From the NCBI GenBank assembly GCA_045863335.1, contig BTVY01000034.1, forward strand, positions 13,699 to 77,698: 64,000 nucleotides of DNA. Reading direction: 5' to 3'. Origin of the DNA: Candidatus Hydrogenedentota bacterium. Its GTDB lineage: Bacteria; Hydrogenedentota; Hydrogenedentia; Hydrogenedentales; SLHB01. This document shows positions 20,156 through 29,594 of the stretch, one piece after another. The notes beneath the pieces were generated by a model. The model was not told the origin of the DNA. It did no database searches and worked only from the letters and a program-made list of their open reading frames with translations. Position 1 is the first letter of the stretch. Every line of letters starts with the position of its first letter. Position numbers and translations under genes: made by a program.

Positions 20156-20721
20156 TCGTGCTCATAGACAACTACGACTCATTCACCTACAACCTCGTCC
20201 AATACTTCGGCGAAATGGAATCGGATATCCGGGTCTTTCGCAACGACGAGATTACCGTGAATCAGGTTCGAGATTTGAACCCCGATCGCATCATCGTTTC
20301 TCCCGGGCCCTGCACTCCCAATGAAGCCGGGATTTCCGTCGAAACCATCAAACGGCTCGGGCCCGAGTTTCCGCTGTTGGGCGTGTGCCTGGGTCACCAA
20401 AGCATCGGTCAGGCTTTCGGCGGCGACGTGGTCCGGGCGGACCGAATCATGCATGGCAAAATCAGTTCGATAACCCACAACGGCAACGCCCTGTTCCGAG
20501 ATGTTCCGTCGCCGTTCGAGGCCACGCGTTACCATTCCCTGGTCATCAAACCGGAGACCTGCCCCGATTGCCTGGATATCATTGCGGAAACCGACCAGAA
20601 AGAGATTATGGCGGTGGCCCACAAGGACTATCCCATCTGGGGAGTCCAGTTCCACCCGGAGAGCATTCTGACGAAGGACGGAAAGCTGATCGTGCGTAAC
20701 TTCATGCAGGCCAAAGCCTAG
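20152..20721 (+). CDS. trpG: Anthranilate synthase component II / glutamine amidotransferase
   Basis: IDNYDSFTYNL, SPGPC, GVCLGHQ and GVQFHPES motifs; ATGA coupling to trpE. Confidence 0.93.
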   Translation: MIVLIDNYDSFTYNLVQYFGEMESDIRVFRNDEITVNQVRDLNPDRIIVSPGPCTPNEAGISVETIKRLGPEFPLLGVCLGHQSIGQAFGGDVVRADRIMHGKISSITHNGNALFRDVPSPFEATRYHSLVIKPETCPDCLDIIAETDQKEIMAVAHKDYPIWGVQFHPESILTKDGKLIVRNFMQAKA

Positions 20722-20831
20722 ACATCGCAGGTCGTGCCTCCCCTAGGGGGCGGCGTTGTGGATCGACGGACGGGGTATGTACGGTACTTCGATACGAAGC
20801 CTGTAAGCGATTCGAAGTCGGCCACTTAGGT

Positions 20832-20860
20832 TTGACTTCCCCTTGGCCGTGTGCTAGAGT
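20832..20860 (+). promoter_or_regulatory. Candidate sigma70 promoter
   Basis: TTGACT-N17-TAGAGT with an extended -10 TG. Confidence 0.6.
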
Positions 20861-20909
20861 CGGCTGGTTTTGGAGGGGAGTTTTCAAACCTTAGGAAAGG
20901 CTGCGGTCC

Positions 20910-21485
20910 ATGGCCCCAAATAAGAAGCAACTCAAGACGATCGAAGCCCTAAACCGCAACATCCAGATGTGTCAGGAATTCATGAACGACTGGCTGCTGT
21001 TCAACCAGATTCTGAGCGCGTATCCAAGCCCGGGGGTAAACAAGGCTCAGCTTGAAAATCAGTTCTTGAAAATCAAGAGCAAACTGGCTCGCGAACACCA
21101 AGTTCTCAAGGAAGGCTTGGGGTCCGACTACAAATTCGACTCGAACACCATGAACATCATTTCGGGCGCGACGAATCTCGAAGCCATCTACTCCCAGTCC
21201 GAAGTGGCCATCAAGAAGCTTCAGAATGAATGGCACCGTGCGTTCATTTCCATCAATGAAACCCTCGGCGGTCTTGAAGACAAAAAAGCCCGTGCGGAGG
21301 CCGGTGAGAAAGTGTATGTCGGTTCCATGCAGCCGGATGTCAAGACCGGCGGCGGGGGCATGTCCAAGGGAACCAAGACCTTCCTCATCATTCTCGTCAT
21401 CGCGGCGATCGTCGCCGTCGTCATGCTGACGGACAACCCGATCAGTGCGTTGTACCAGGATGCGTTCCAGCAAGTATTCGGCTGA
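20910..21485 (+). CDS. Hypothetical helical protein with C-terminal TM anchor
   Basis: AGGAAAGG RBS, host-like codon usage, hydrophobic FLIILVIAAIVAVVML near the C-terminus. Confidence 0.75.
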   Translation: MAPNKKQLKTIEALNRNIQMCQEFMNDWLLFNQILSAYPSPGVNKAQLENQFLKIKSKLAREHQVLKEGLGSDYKFDSNTMNIISGATNLEAIYSQSEVAIKKLQNEWHRAFISINETLGGLEDKKARAEAGEKVYVGSMQPDVKTGGGGMSKGTKTFLIILVIAAIVAVVMLTDNPISALYQDAFQQVFG

Positions 21486-21584
21486 TGTTCAGCTCCTTTT
21501 TTTGATGAAATGACGAGTGTCCGGTAGTTCCTTCCTTGGCGGGGCGGCGGCAGCTGGTCAGAAATGCAGGCAGGAGTAAAGGGC

Positions 21585-21944
21585 GTGACGAAACGGGAAC
21601 TGGTCGTCGATGTTGCCGAGCGGCTCGGCTATACGCAAAACGAAGTTTCCGATGTGGTTCAGGCCACATTGGACGCTATCATCGAACTGCTTTCGGAAGG
21701 CAGGCGTCTCGAGATCCGCAACTTCGGCGTATTCGAACTCCGCACGCGGGATTCGCGCATCGGCCGCAATCCCCGAACGGGCGAGGAAGTGCCCATCTCC
21801 GCCAAACGTGTCGGTACTTTCAAGCCGGGCAAGGCACTGAAGGAATTGGTGCAGAACCAGACGCCGGGCGCTTCGGTGGGAATTGCACCGGCCGCGGAAC
21901 CCGCCACGCAGCCCGGAGCCGAGTCGCAAGGCACCGCGTTCTAA
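21585..21944 (+). CDS. HU/IHF family DNA-binding protein with low-complexity C-terminal tail
   Basis: TKRELV, EIRNFGVFE, GRNPRTGEEV and FKPGKALKE motifs; GTG start after AGGAG (alternative ATG 21564). Confidence 0.93.
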   Translation: MTKRELVVDVAERLGYTQNEVSDVVQATLDAIIELLSEGRRLEIRNFGVFELRTRDSRIGRNPRTGEEVPISAKRVGTFKPGKALKELVQNQTPGASVGIAPAAEPATQPGAESQGTAF

Positions 21945-22072
21945 CCAGCGCAACCGCCGCATCACCACGCTGCGGGCTTGGTTGCACCGTCCACAGGAAA
22001 CACAGTACGATCATCGTTCGGCTGGGTGTCAGCCCACTTTCTAAACCTGAATCAACACAGACCGCTTGAATT

Positions 22073-22957
22073 ATGAAAACGAAGGCCGAACGGGACCCCG
22101 AAGCGCGCATGACATTCACCGAGCATCTCGGTGAGTTGCGCACCCGCATCATTCGCATCGGGATTGCGTTCATCATCGGCTTCGCCCTCTGCTACATCTT
22201 CTCGAACCAACTCTTTGAAATCCTCAAACGGCCCCTCGATCAGGAGTCGTTGGACCTCTCCTGGATCACGTTCGGCCGACAGGCCGAGGAACCTCAAGAC
22301 ACGGGATCGGAAGCGAACGGGGGCGCGGCTGCCGAAGACGCTGGACCCCAGGAGGGCTCACTGAATGACAGCGTCGAGTGGCTCCAGAAAAACCCCCTCG
22401 AGTGGTTTCTCCTGTCCCTGAAGCTATCTGCCTACGGCGGCCTGATCATCATGCTGCCGTACATTCTCTTCCAGATCTGCGGGTTCATCTTTCCTGGATT
22501 GAAACCGGGAGAGAAGCGAATCGTGCTCATGATGCTGATCGGGTGCGGTGCGCTTTCCATCGTCGGCTTGTTGATCGCCTATTTCGGCGTGTTCCCATTG
22601 GTGCTGCCGTACATTCTCCAATGGACGCCCGAAGGCGTTACCACCATGCTCAGCATCACGGAGACCATGTCCATCGTTCTCTTGGGGCTGCTCGGGTTCG
22701 CCGTGGTATTCCAGTTTCCCATGGTCGTGCTGATCCTGGTTTACATGGATCTCCTGACCCCAGCGGCACTTAAGCAATACCGGAAACAGGCCATCGTCGG
22801 TCTGGCCGTGCTTTCGGCGGTGTTGACGCCGCCGGATCCGATCAGCATGACCTTCATGATGCTGCCACTCGTGTTATTGTATGAAGCGAGCATCTGGACG
22901 TCCTACATCGTGGTGCGACGCAAGAAGAAAGCGGCGGAGGCAGACACCGGCGCATAA
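22073..22957 (+). CDS. tatC: Twin-arginine translocase subunit TatC
   Basis: MTFTEHLGELRTRI, FIFPGLKPGE, FQFP and LTPPDPISM..PLVLLYE motifs. Confidence 0.95.
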   Translation: MKTKAERDPEARMTFTEHLGELRTRIIRIGIAFIIGFALCYIFSNQLFEILKRPLDQESLDLSWITFGRQAEEPQDTGSEANGGAAAEDAGPQEGSLNDSVEWLQKNPLEWFLLSLKLSAYGGLIIMLPYILFQICGFIFPGLKPGEKRIVLMMLIGCGALSIVGLLIAYFGVFPLVLPYILQWTPEGVTTMLSITETMSIVLLGLLGFAVVFQFPMVVLILVYMDLLTPAALKQYRKQAIVGLAVLSAVLTPPDPISMTFMMLPLVLLYEASIWTSYIVVRRKKKAAEADTGA

Positions 22958-23016
22958 CCGCCTCCCCACAACCAAACCGGCTGCCGGGTCGCCCGGCGCC
23001 CACCTGGATTACGACA

Positions 23017-23487
23017 ATGTTTGGCTCCATAGGTTTTACCGAGATCCTGGTCATCGCCGCGGTCGCGCTCGTGATCCTCGGCCCGGACAAGTTCCCCGGG
23101 CATGCCAAGATCGCCATGCGTTTCATTCGCGACATCAGAGGCTATTGGGACGAGGCCAAGCGCGACCTCGCCCAGGAACTCAAACCCGTCAAGAAAGAAA
23201 TTAAGGAACTCGAGAAGTACAAGCCCGAAGACTATCTCGACACCATGATTACCGATACCGTCCAGGACACCAGCTACGATGGCCAGGGCTATCCCTATTC
23301 GTCCAGCGGCAAGACCACCGAGACGAAACCCGCCGAGCAATCCACGACGGAAGCCGGCGCGTCTGATGACGCCGATGCCGGAACGGAATCGGAGTCGCCG
23401 ACCGATTCCCCCGCTTCCAGCCCGGAAGGCACCCAACCCTACCAACCCGAGTCCGACTACGACGAGTCCCAACGCTTCCCCGATTGA
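23017..23487 (+). CDS. Twin-arginine translocase TatA/TatB family subunit (TatB-like)
   Basis: MFGSIGFTEILVIAAVALVILGPDKFP, amphipathic helix and acidic tail. Confidence 0.88.
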   Translation: MFGSIGFTEILVIAAVALVILGPDKFPGHAKIAMRFIRDIRGYWDEAKRDLAQELKPVKKEIKELEKYKPEDYLDTMITDTVQDTSYDGQGYPYSSSGKTTETKPAEQSTTEAGASDDADAGTESESPTDSPASSPEGTQPYQPESDYDESQRFPD

Positions 23488-23610
23488 GGAAAAATGGGGA
23501 CAGTTACCTTTTTCCTTCTCCACGCCCGAGTGAGTTACTCAACGATCAAAATGGAAAAAGGTAACTGTCGCCATTTTTCCGCCCCCCGTCTCATCCCGTC
23601 CCCATTTTTC
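23488..23610. repeat. 28-bp-arm hairpin element (GGAAAAATGGGGACAG family), copy 1, plus a partial third arm
   Basis: GGAAAAATGGGGACAGTTACCTTTTTCC (23488-23515) / GGAAAAAGGTAACTGTCGCCATTTTTCC (23553-23580), directly after the TGA of the tatB-like gene. Confidence 0.85.
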
Positions 23611-23626
23611 AGTCCACGCACCGAAG

Positions 23627-23655
23627 TTGACGCGCCCCGCCATCCCTCTTATAGT
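23627..23655 (+). promoter_or_regulatory. Candidate sigma70 promoter for the SPFH operon
   Basis: TTGACG-N17-TATAGT. Confidence 0.65.
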
Positions 23656-23743
23656 CAAAGGAACCGTTTTCGCGTCGCGGAAGCTGCGGGACTGCGCCGT
23701 TGCGCATGAGCCAAATGTCCGCGGGAACTGAAGGAGTGAAGCC

Positions 23744-24832
23744 ATGGGTCTCTTTGACAAGCTCCGCGGAGAATTGATCGACATCATCGAGTGGACCGAT
23801 CCCACGAACGACACCATGGTCCACCGCTTCGATCGGTACAACAACGAAATCAAGTACGGCGCGAAACTCGTCGTGCGCGAATCCCAGGTCGCGGTGTTCA
23901 TCAACGAAGGCAAGCTCGCCGACGTCTTCGAGCCCGGCACCTACACGCTGGAAACGCGGAACCTGCCGATTCTGTCTACCCTCCTCGGGTGGCCCCATGG
24001 CTTCGAAAGCCCCTTCAAGGCCGAGGTCTATTTCGTCAGCACCCGCCAGTTCACGGATCTCAAGTGGGGCACGAAGAATCCCATCATGCTCCGCGATCCC
24101 GAATTCGGGCCCGTGCGCCTTCGGGCTTTCGGCACCTACTGCGTTCGCGTCATGTTCGCGCCGACTTTCATCAAGGAGATCGTCGGCACCGACGGCCTCT
24201 TCACGACGGATGAAATCACCGATCAATTGCGAAATCTCATCGTCGCCCGCTTCGCCGACATTCTTGGCGAAAGCAAGATCCCCGTGCTCGACCTTGCCGC
24301 GAATTACGACGAACTCGGCAAGTTCATCAGTGAAAAAATCTTCGACGATTTCGACTCCTACGGACTGCAAATCACCAAACTCCTGGTCGAGAACATCTCG
24401 CTCCCGCCGGAGGTGGAAGCGGCCCTCGACAAGCGAACCAGCATGGGCGTCATCGGCAATCTCCAGGCCTACACGCAGTACCAGACCGCCAACGCCTTGG
24501 AGAAGGCGGCTGAGAATCCGGGCGGCACGGCTTCCGGAGGTATGGGCCTCGGCATGGGCTTCGCCATGGCCGGACAAATGGGCCAGGCGGCCGCCAGCGC
24601 GTCCCAAGCCCCCCCGCCGGTACCGCAAACGGCGAGCTACTATGTCGCTGTTGACGGCCAGCAAACGGGCCCCTTCGACGCCATGACCTTGAAACAGCAG
24701 ATCCAAAGCGGCCGGCTCACGCCCCAGTCCCTCGTCTGGACTGAAGGCATGGCCCAATGGACCGCCGCCAACGACGTGCCCGACGTAGCCAAACTCTTCG
24801 GCGCCACGCCGCCGCCCGTGCCCCCGCAGTAA
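23744..24832 (+). CDS. SPFH/band-7 domain protein (YdjI-like) with C-terminal GYF_2/DUF4339 domain
   Basis: LVVRESQVAVF..EG, PGTYTL.T.NLP and KWGT.NPI.LRD motifs; C-terminal YYVAVDGQQTGPF...LVWTEGMAQW. Confidence 0.85.
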   Translation: MGLFDKLRGELIDIIEWTDPTNDTMVHRFDRYNNEIKYGAKLVVRESQVAVFINEGKLADVFEPGTYTLETRNLPILSTLLGWPHGFESPFKAEVYFVSTRQFTDLKWGTKNPIMLRDPEFGPVRLRAFGTYCVRVMFAPTFIKEIVGTDGLFTTDEITDQLRNLIVARFADILGESKIPVLDLAANYDELGKFISEKIFDDFDSYGLQITKLLVENISLPPEVEAALDKRTSMGVIGNLQAYTQYQTANALEKAAENPGGTASGGMGLGMGFAMAGQMGQAAASASQAPPPVPQTASYYVAVDGQQTGPFDAMTLKQQIQSGRLTPQSLVWTEGMAQWTAANDVPDVAKLFGATPPPVPPQ

Positions 24833-24937
24833 CGAGGATCGGCGAGTTGGTGCATGAGGAGTCATATATATCCGCGAAAAAAGGGGTTGCAGTCTCGTGA
24901 CTTCAGTCGATTCACACTGCGGCCGCGGAGCCGCACC

Positions 24938-25233
24938 AAGAACATCCCCCTCGATCCCCCTTCAAAGGGGGAATAAATCCCGCCCTCATCGCGGCGCGGG
25001 TGGGCATACCGAAATACTCGGACCGAAGCAGATTACCGTGTCCAACCCCTTTACTGACGTTCGCGCAACTCCCCCTTTGAAGGGGGATCAAGGAGGATGT
25101 CGTGTTCGCCGCCTACTGTGCGGCACGCAAGTGTTGACTGGCGATCGCAGAATCGGCCGAGCGACTTCATACCAACCTACGATTGAGCTTCGCGCAACTC
25201 CCCCTTTGAAGGGGGATCAAGGGGGATGTTCTT
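24938..25233. repeat. Three copies of the 36-bp AAGAACATCCCCCTTGATCCCCCTTCAAAGGGGGAA element (one forward, two reverse)
   Basis: Copies at 24938-24973, about 25069-25100 and 25198-25233. Confidence 0.9.
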
Positions 25234-25261
25234 CCGGAGTCGCGTTTCTTTGGGGCCGCTC

Positions 25262-26353
25262 ATGACGCAGACCATGTTCCCCTGTGCGCAGTGCGGCGCC
25301 AATCTCCAGTTTCAGCCAGGCGCCAACGCCCAGATTTGCCCCTATTGTGGACACGAAAACCCCATCGAGGTCGAGTTCGCCCACGCCGAGGAAATGGATT
25401 ACGAGGCCTTCCTCCGCAACGCCATCGGCCGCGAAGAGATCGTGGAAACCATCACGATCAAATGCGAATCCTGCGGCGCGGAATCGTCGAAGCAGGAAAA
25501 CGTCACCTCCGGGCAATGCCCCTTTTGCGGCGCGAACATCGTCGCCACGGGGAGTTCCACCAAGCTCCTGAAGCCGAAATCACTGCTCCCCTTCCACGTC
25601 ACGACGCAGCAAGCGCGCGATCTGTTCAAGAAGTGGATTCGAAGTCTCTGGTTCGCGCCGAACGCCCTCAAAAAACTCGCGCGACAGGACAGCCCCATCA
25701 ACGGCATGTACACGCCGTACTGGACCTACGACTCGTTTGTCACTACTCATTACCGGGGCCAGCGCGGCGACGACTACTGGACCACGGAAACCTACACGAC
25801 CACGGTCAACGGCCGGCGGCAAACACAAACCCGGCAGGTGCGCCGTACCCGCTGGCGCTCCGTGAGCGGCACGGTGCAGAACAGCTTTGACGACGTGCTG
25901 GTCGTCGCGAGCCACTCGTTGCCGCGCCAATACGCGGAGAAACTGGAACCCTGGGACTTGCAGAATCTCGTTCCCTACAAGGACGAGTTCCTGAGCGGGT
26001 TCCGCGCGGAGAGTTACCAGGTGGATTTACCCGAAGGCTTTGTGCGCGCCAAACAGCTCATGGAACCCACGATCCACGCCACCATCCGCCAGGACATCGG
26101 CGGCGACCACCAGCGCATCAGCTCGACCCAGAGCCGCTACGACAACATCACCTTCAAACACATCCTCCTGCCCGTCTGGATTAGCGCCTATCGCTATCGC
26201 GGCAAAGTTTACCGTTTCCTCGTCAACGCCCGCACCGGCGAGGTGCAAGGCGAACGCCCCTGGAGTTGGGTCAAGATCGCGCTGGCCATCATCGTGGCCA
26301 CGCCGATCGTCATCGGAATCATCTACGCGCTCATGCACCTCGAAGGTGGCTGA
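25262..26353 (+). CDS. Double Zn-ribbon protein with C-terminal TM (YdjG-like)
   Basis: CAQCG, CPYCG, CESCG and CPFCG; LLPVWI..YRY..KVYRFLVNARTGEVQGERP; usual partner of YdjI-like SPFH proteins. Confidence 0.8.
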   Translation: MTQTMFPCAQCGANLQFQPGANAQICPYCGHENPIEVEFAHAEEMDYEAFLRNAIGREEIVETITIKCESCGAESSKQENVTSGQCPFCGANIVATGSSTKLLKPKSLLPFHVTTQQARDLFKKWIRSLWFAPNALKKLARQDSPINGMYTPYWTYDSFVTTHYRGQRGDDYWTTETYTTTVNGRRQTQTRQVRRTRWRSVSGTVQNSFDDVLVVASHSLPRQYAEKLEPWDLQNLVPYKDEFLSGFRAESYQVDLPEGFVRAKQLMEPTIHATIRQDIGGDHQRISSTQSRYDNITFKHILLPVWISAYRYRGKVYRFLVNARTGEVQGERPWSWVKIALAIIVATPIVIGIIYALMHLEGG

Positions 26354-26378
26354 ATCATCGAACACAGGATTCTCGGCA

Positions 26379-27494
26379 ATGAACACCGCAACACACGCCT
26401 ACACCGGCACCGCCCACCAACTCCGCTCGTACATCGCCCCTGCATGTCCGGCGACACGGACGCCGTGCGATGGCACGGAATCGAGCTTGCGCATTGAGTT
26501 CGGGTTTACCCCGCGCTGGTATCGCGAATCTTGCCACATTGACTTCTCGGAACCCTGGCACCTCGACCCCCTGGCCCGCCACAAGACTGTCGTACGCATG
26601 CGCAGGGAACTGAACCGGCGTTTCCCGGCGCTCCAACTGGGCGGCCCCGACCCGGACGCGACGACGGCCACTATCGACGGCGTCCACGGCGCTCTGACGG
26701 TCGCGATGGTCTTCGGAATCGGCGCGGACTACTATCCCGACAACTGGCCCGCGGCGCAGCACAATTATCTGAGTGTGGATGCCATCGCGGCGCTCTCCCC
26801 GCCAGATCTGACCAAGGCTCCCGTGATGGCGCAAATCCTCGAACAGATGGACGTCATTGAACGGGAGTTCGGCCGCATCGAAGGCTATCTCAATTGGCAA
26901 GGCGTACTGAACAACGCGTTCCGCATCCGCGGCCCGGAGATCTTCTCGGACCTCATGACGGACCCGGACCTCGCCAGCCACCTCTTCGAGGTCATCACAA
27001 GCACCATGATTGCCGGCATGCGCCTCATTTACGAACGCCAGGCGCGTGCCGGTGTCATCGTCCGCCACGCAACCCTGAGCAATTGCGTGGTCAACATGGT
27101 GTCGCCCGACCTCTATCGCGAACACATTTTCCCTTGGGACGAAGCCATCTCACAAGCCTTCGATCACTTCGGCATCCACAACTGCGCATGGAACGTGGAT
27201 CCCTATATCGAGGATTACGCGCGCATCGAGAAACTGGGATACGTGGACATGGGCATCATGTCCGATTTGGCGAGGGCAAAGCGCCTCTGCCCCAACGCGC
27301 GCCGCGCGGTCATGTACACACCGACCGATCTCGTGAACAAGCCGGTCGACGAACTGCGCGCCGACCTCGCGCGAATCTACAAAGAACTCGGCCCCTGCGA
27401 CGTGGTCATGGCCGACATCGACGCCGGCACCCCCGACGAACGCGTCCTCGAATTCGCGAAGATAGCCGAAGAAGTGCAGTCTTCCGTCCTATAA
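26379..27494 (+). CDS. Uroporphyrinogen decarboxylase / MtaA-CmuA methyltransferase-like TIM-barrel protein
   Basis: QGVLNNAFRIRGPEIFSDLMTDP, MVSPDLYREHIFP and HNC Zn-site-like motif. Confidence 0.6.
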   Translation: MNTATHAYTGTAHQLRSYIAPACPATRTPCDGTESSLRIEFGFTPRWYRESCHIDFSEPWHLDPLARHKTVVRMRRELNRRFPALQLGGPDPDATTATIDGVHGALTVAMVFGIGADYYPDNWPAAQHNYLSVDAIAALSPPDLTKAPVMAQILEQMDVIEREFGRIEGYLNWQGVLNNAFRIRGPEIFSDLMTDPDLASHLFEVITSTMIAGMRLIYERQARAGVIVRHATLSNCVVNMVSPDLYREHIFPWDEAISQAFDHFGIHNCAWNVDPYIEDYARIEKLGYVDMGIMSDLARAKRLCPNARRAVMYTPTDLVNKPVDELRADLARIYKELGPCDVVMADIDAGTPDERVLEFAKIAEEVQSSVL

Positions 27495-27519
27495 GTCCCA
27501 TACGTCCTGTAGGTCCTAT
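27486..27519. repeat. Solo arm of four 9-nt GTCCTATNN units; supplies the stop codon of the upstream CDS
   Basis: GTCC at 27486, 27495, 27504, 27513; TAA at 27492-27494 lies inside the first unit. Confidence 0.75.
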
Positions 27520-27546
27520 CAAGAATAGAAAGCGAACCTCGCCCCC

Positions 27547-28185
27547 ATGAAGAAAGCTATCCTCTGGGACAACGATGGCGTCCTGGTCGACACCGAGCAC
27601 CTCTACTTCCAGGCGACGCGCGAAGTCCTCGCGCCCGTCGGCGTGGACCTGACCGAAGACCTCTACCGCGAACTGCTCCTCGTACAGGCCAAAGGCGCCT
27701 GGCATCTCGCCGCGGAACGAGGCGTATCCGGGGATGAGATCGCCGCGCTGAAGCAGGCCCGCAATGCCCGCTATGCCGAGTTGCTGGAAACCGAGCCCAT
27801 CCTGCTCCCGGAATCCTACGAGACCTTGCGCGCGCTCCACGGCCGCTTTCGCATGGGGATCGTGACCAGTTCCCGCCGGGATCATTTCGATATCATCCAC
27901 CGCCGCACCGGCATGCTCGATTTGGTTGAATTCACCGTCGCCAGCGGCGACTATACACGCTCGAAACCGGATCCGGAACCGTACCTCGTGGCCCTGGAAC
28001 GGCTGGGACTTCCCGCGGCGGACTGTGTCGTTGTAGAGGATTCCCTCCGGGGCCTCACGGCGGCACGGGCGGCGGGCATTGACTGCTACGTCGTGCCGAC
28101 GCCCCTGACGCGCGATAGCGACTTTGTCGGCGCGGTAAAAGTTCTGAGCCGGGTTCCAGAGATCATCGGCGAACTGACCGCGTGA
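27547..28185 (+). CDS. HAD-superfamily phosphatase (beta-PGM-like)
   Basis: WDNDGVLVDTE motif I, VTSS, KPDPEPY and VEDS. Confidence 0.9.
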   Translation: MKKAILWDNDGVLVDTEHLYFQATREVLAPVGVDLTEDLYRELLLVQAKGAWHLAAERGVSGDEIAALKQARNARYAELLETEPILLPESYETLRALHGRFRMGIVTSSRRDHFDIIHRRTGMLDLVEFTVASGDYTRSKPDPEPYLVALERLGLPAADCVVVEDSLRGLTAARAAGIDCYVVPTPLTRDSDFVGAVKVLSRVPEIIGELTA

Positions 28186-28221
28186 GAGCGCGGCACGAGC
28201 AAACACGGAAGGATTGCACAC

Positions 28222-29103
28222 GTGACTGACCAGAAACCCATCCTCGGGGTCATTGGCGGCAGCGGCGTATACGACATCGCCGAATTGGAGAACAAGCGCT
28301 GGCAACGTGTTGAATCGCCCTTCGGCGAGCCTTCGGATGAACTTCTCTTCGGCGAATATGAAGGGGAAACGTTAGTCTTCTTGCCCCGCCACGGACGCGG
28401 CCACAAGATTCCGCCAACCGAGATCAACTTCCGCGCGAACATCGACGCCATGAAACGCGTGGGCGTCACGCAGATCCTTTCCGTCAGCGCAGTCGGCTCT
28501 CTTAAGGAAAACCTCCACCCCGGCGACTTTGTCATCGTGGATCAGTTTATCGATCGCACCTTCGCGCGGAACAAGAGTTTCTTCGGCACGGGCATGGTCG
28601 CCCACGTCTCCATGGCCCATCCCGTTTGTTCCCATCTCGGCGACTGTGTCGAGGCAGCCGCGAAGGATTTGCCCGTGAAGACGGAGCGCGGCGGCACCTA
28701 TCTCGTCATGGAAGGTCCCCAATTCTCCTCCATGGCCGAATCGCATTTGTACCGCCAGTGGAATTGTGACGTCATCGGCATGACCAACATGCCCGAAGCC
28801 AAGCTGGCCCGCGAAGCGGAAATCTGCTACGCCACGGTCGCCATGGTCACGGACTACGACTGCTGGCATCCCGATCACGACCACGTCACGGTCGAGCAGA
28901 TCATTGGCGTCCTGCGGTCGAACGCGGACCATGCGCGCGCGCTGATCAAGGCGCTCGTCGCGGAATTGAAACGGACGCGGAAGACTTGCGGGCAGGGCTG
29001 CCAGACGGCGCTCGAATACGCGCTGATCACCGCCCCGGACGCCCGCGATCCCGAAGTCTTGCGGCGACTGGACGCCGTGGCGGGCCGCATGATAAACAAG
29101 TAG
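28222..29103 (+). CDS. mtnP: S-methyl-5'-thioadenosine phosphorylase
   Basis: GVIGGSG, LPRHGRGH, MEGPQFSS.AES, IGMTNMPEAKLAREAE and TDYDCW motifs. Confidence 0.93.
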   Translation: MTDQKPILGVIGGSGVYDIAELENKRWQRVESPFGEPSDELLFGEYEGETLVFLPRHGRGHKIPPTEINFRANIDAMKRVGVTQILSVSAVGSLKENLHPGDFVIVDQFIDRTFARNKSFFGTGMVAHVSMAHPVCSHLGDCVEAAAKDLPVKTERGGTYLVMEGPQFSSMAESHLYRQWNCDVIGMTNMPEAKLAREAEICYATVAMVTDYDCWHPDHDHVTVEQIIGVLRSNADHARALIKALVAELKRTRKTCGQGCQTALEYALITAPDARDPEVLRRLDAVAGRMINK

Positions 29104-29149
29104 TCACGTGCCACCGTGGGGGTGGCGGCAAGGTTGGAATGGCAGAACG

Positions 29150-29593
29150 ATGTGCGCGGCAAACCCTAAAGATTCGTGTATCTTCTGCGCCATACTCCGG
29201 GGCGAAGCGCCCGCGACGATGGTCTACCAGGACGAGCATGTCGCCGCGTTCATGGATATCCGCCCCGTCAATCCCGGCCATGTCCTCGTCATCCCCCGGG
29301 TGCATGCGCCCCACCTCGCGGACCTTCCGCCGGGTATCGGCGGTCAACTATTTGAAACCGGCATGCGCGCGGCCGCCGCGCTTCGCCGCAGCGGGGTTCG
29401 TGCCGAAGGCATCAACCTCTTTCTGGCCGACGGCGAAGCCGCCATGCAGGAAGTGTTTCACGCGCATTTGCACGTCATTCCGCGCTACGCGGAAGATGGT
29501 TTCGGACTCGTCTTTGCGGAACACTACTACCAGGAAACGCCGCGCGCGGATCTCGAAGCCGCCTGCCAACGAATCGTCGCAGTTTGGGAATAG
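29150..29593 (+). CDS. HIT family nucleotide hydrolase
   Basis: CIFC, PVNPGHVLVIP and HAHLHVIPR histidine triad. Confidence 0.92.
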   Translation: MCAANPKDSCIFCAILRGEAPATMVYQDEHVAAFMDIRPVNPGHVLVIPRVHAPHLADLPPGIGGQLFETGMRAAAALRRSGVRAEGINLFLADGEAAMQEVFHAHLHVIPRYAEDGFGLVFAEHYYQETPRADLEAACQRIVAVWE

Positions 29594-29594
29594 T

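Noticed and set aside
24938-25233. CRISPR array (36-bp palindromic repeats with unique spacers)
   Set aside because: Only two direct copies plus one inverted copy, spacers near 90-100 bp, the same repeat dispersed as inverted pairs elsewhere, and no cas genes.
24897-25265. 122-aa ORF with repeated PPLKGDQGGC peptides (similar ORFs at 51227 and 48989)
   Set aside because: The peptide repeats are just translations of the 36-bp DNA element and there is no good RBS, so they are not called as genes.
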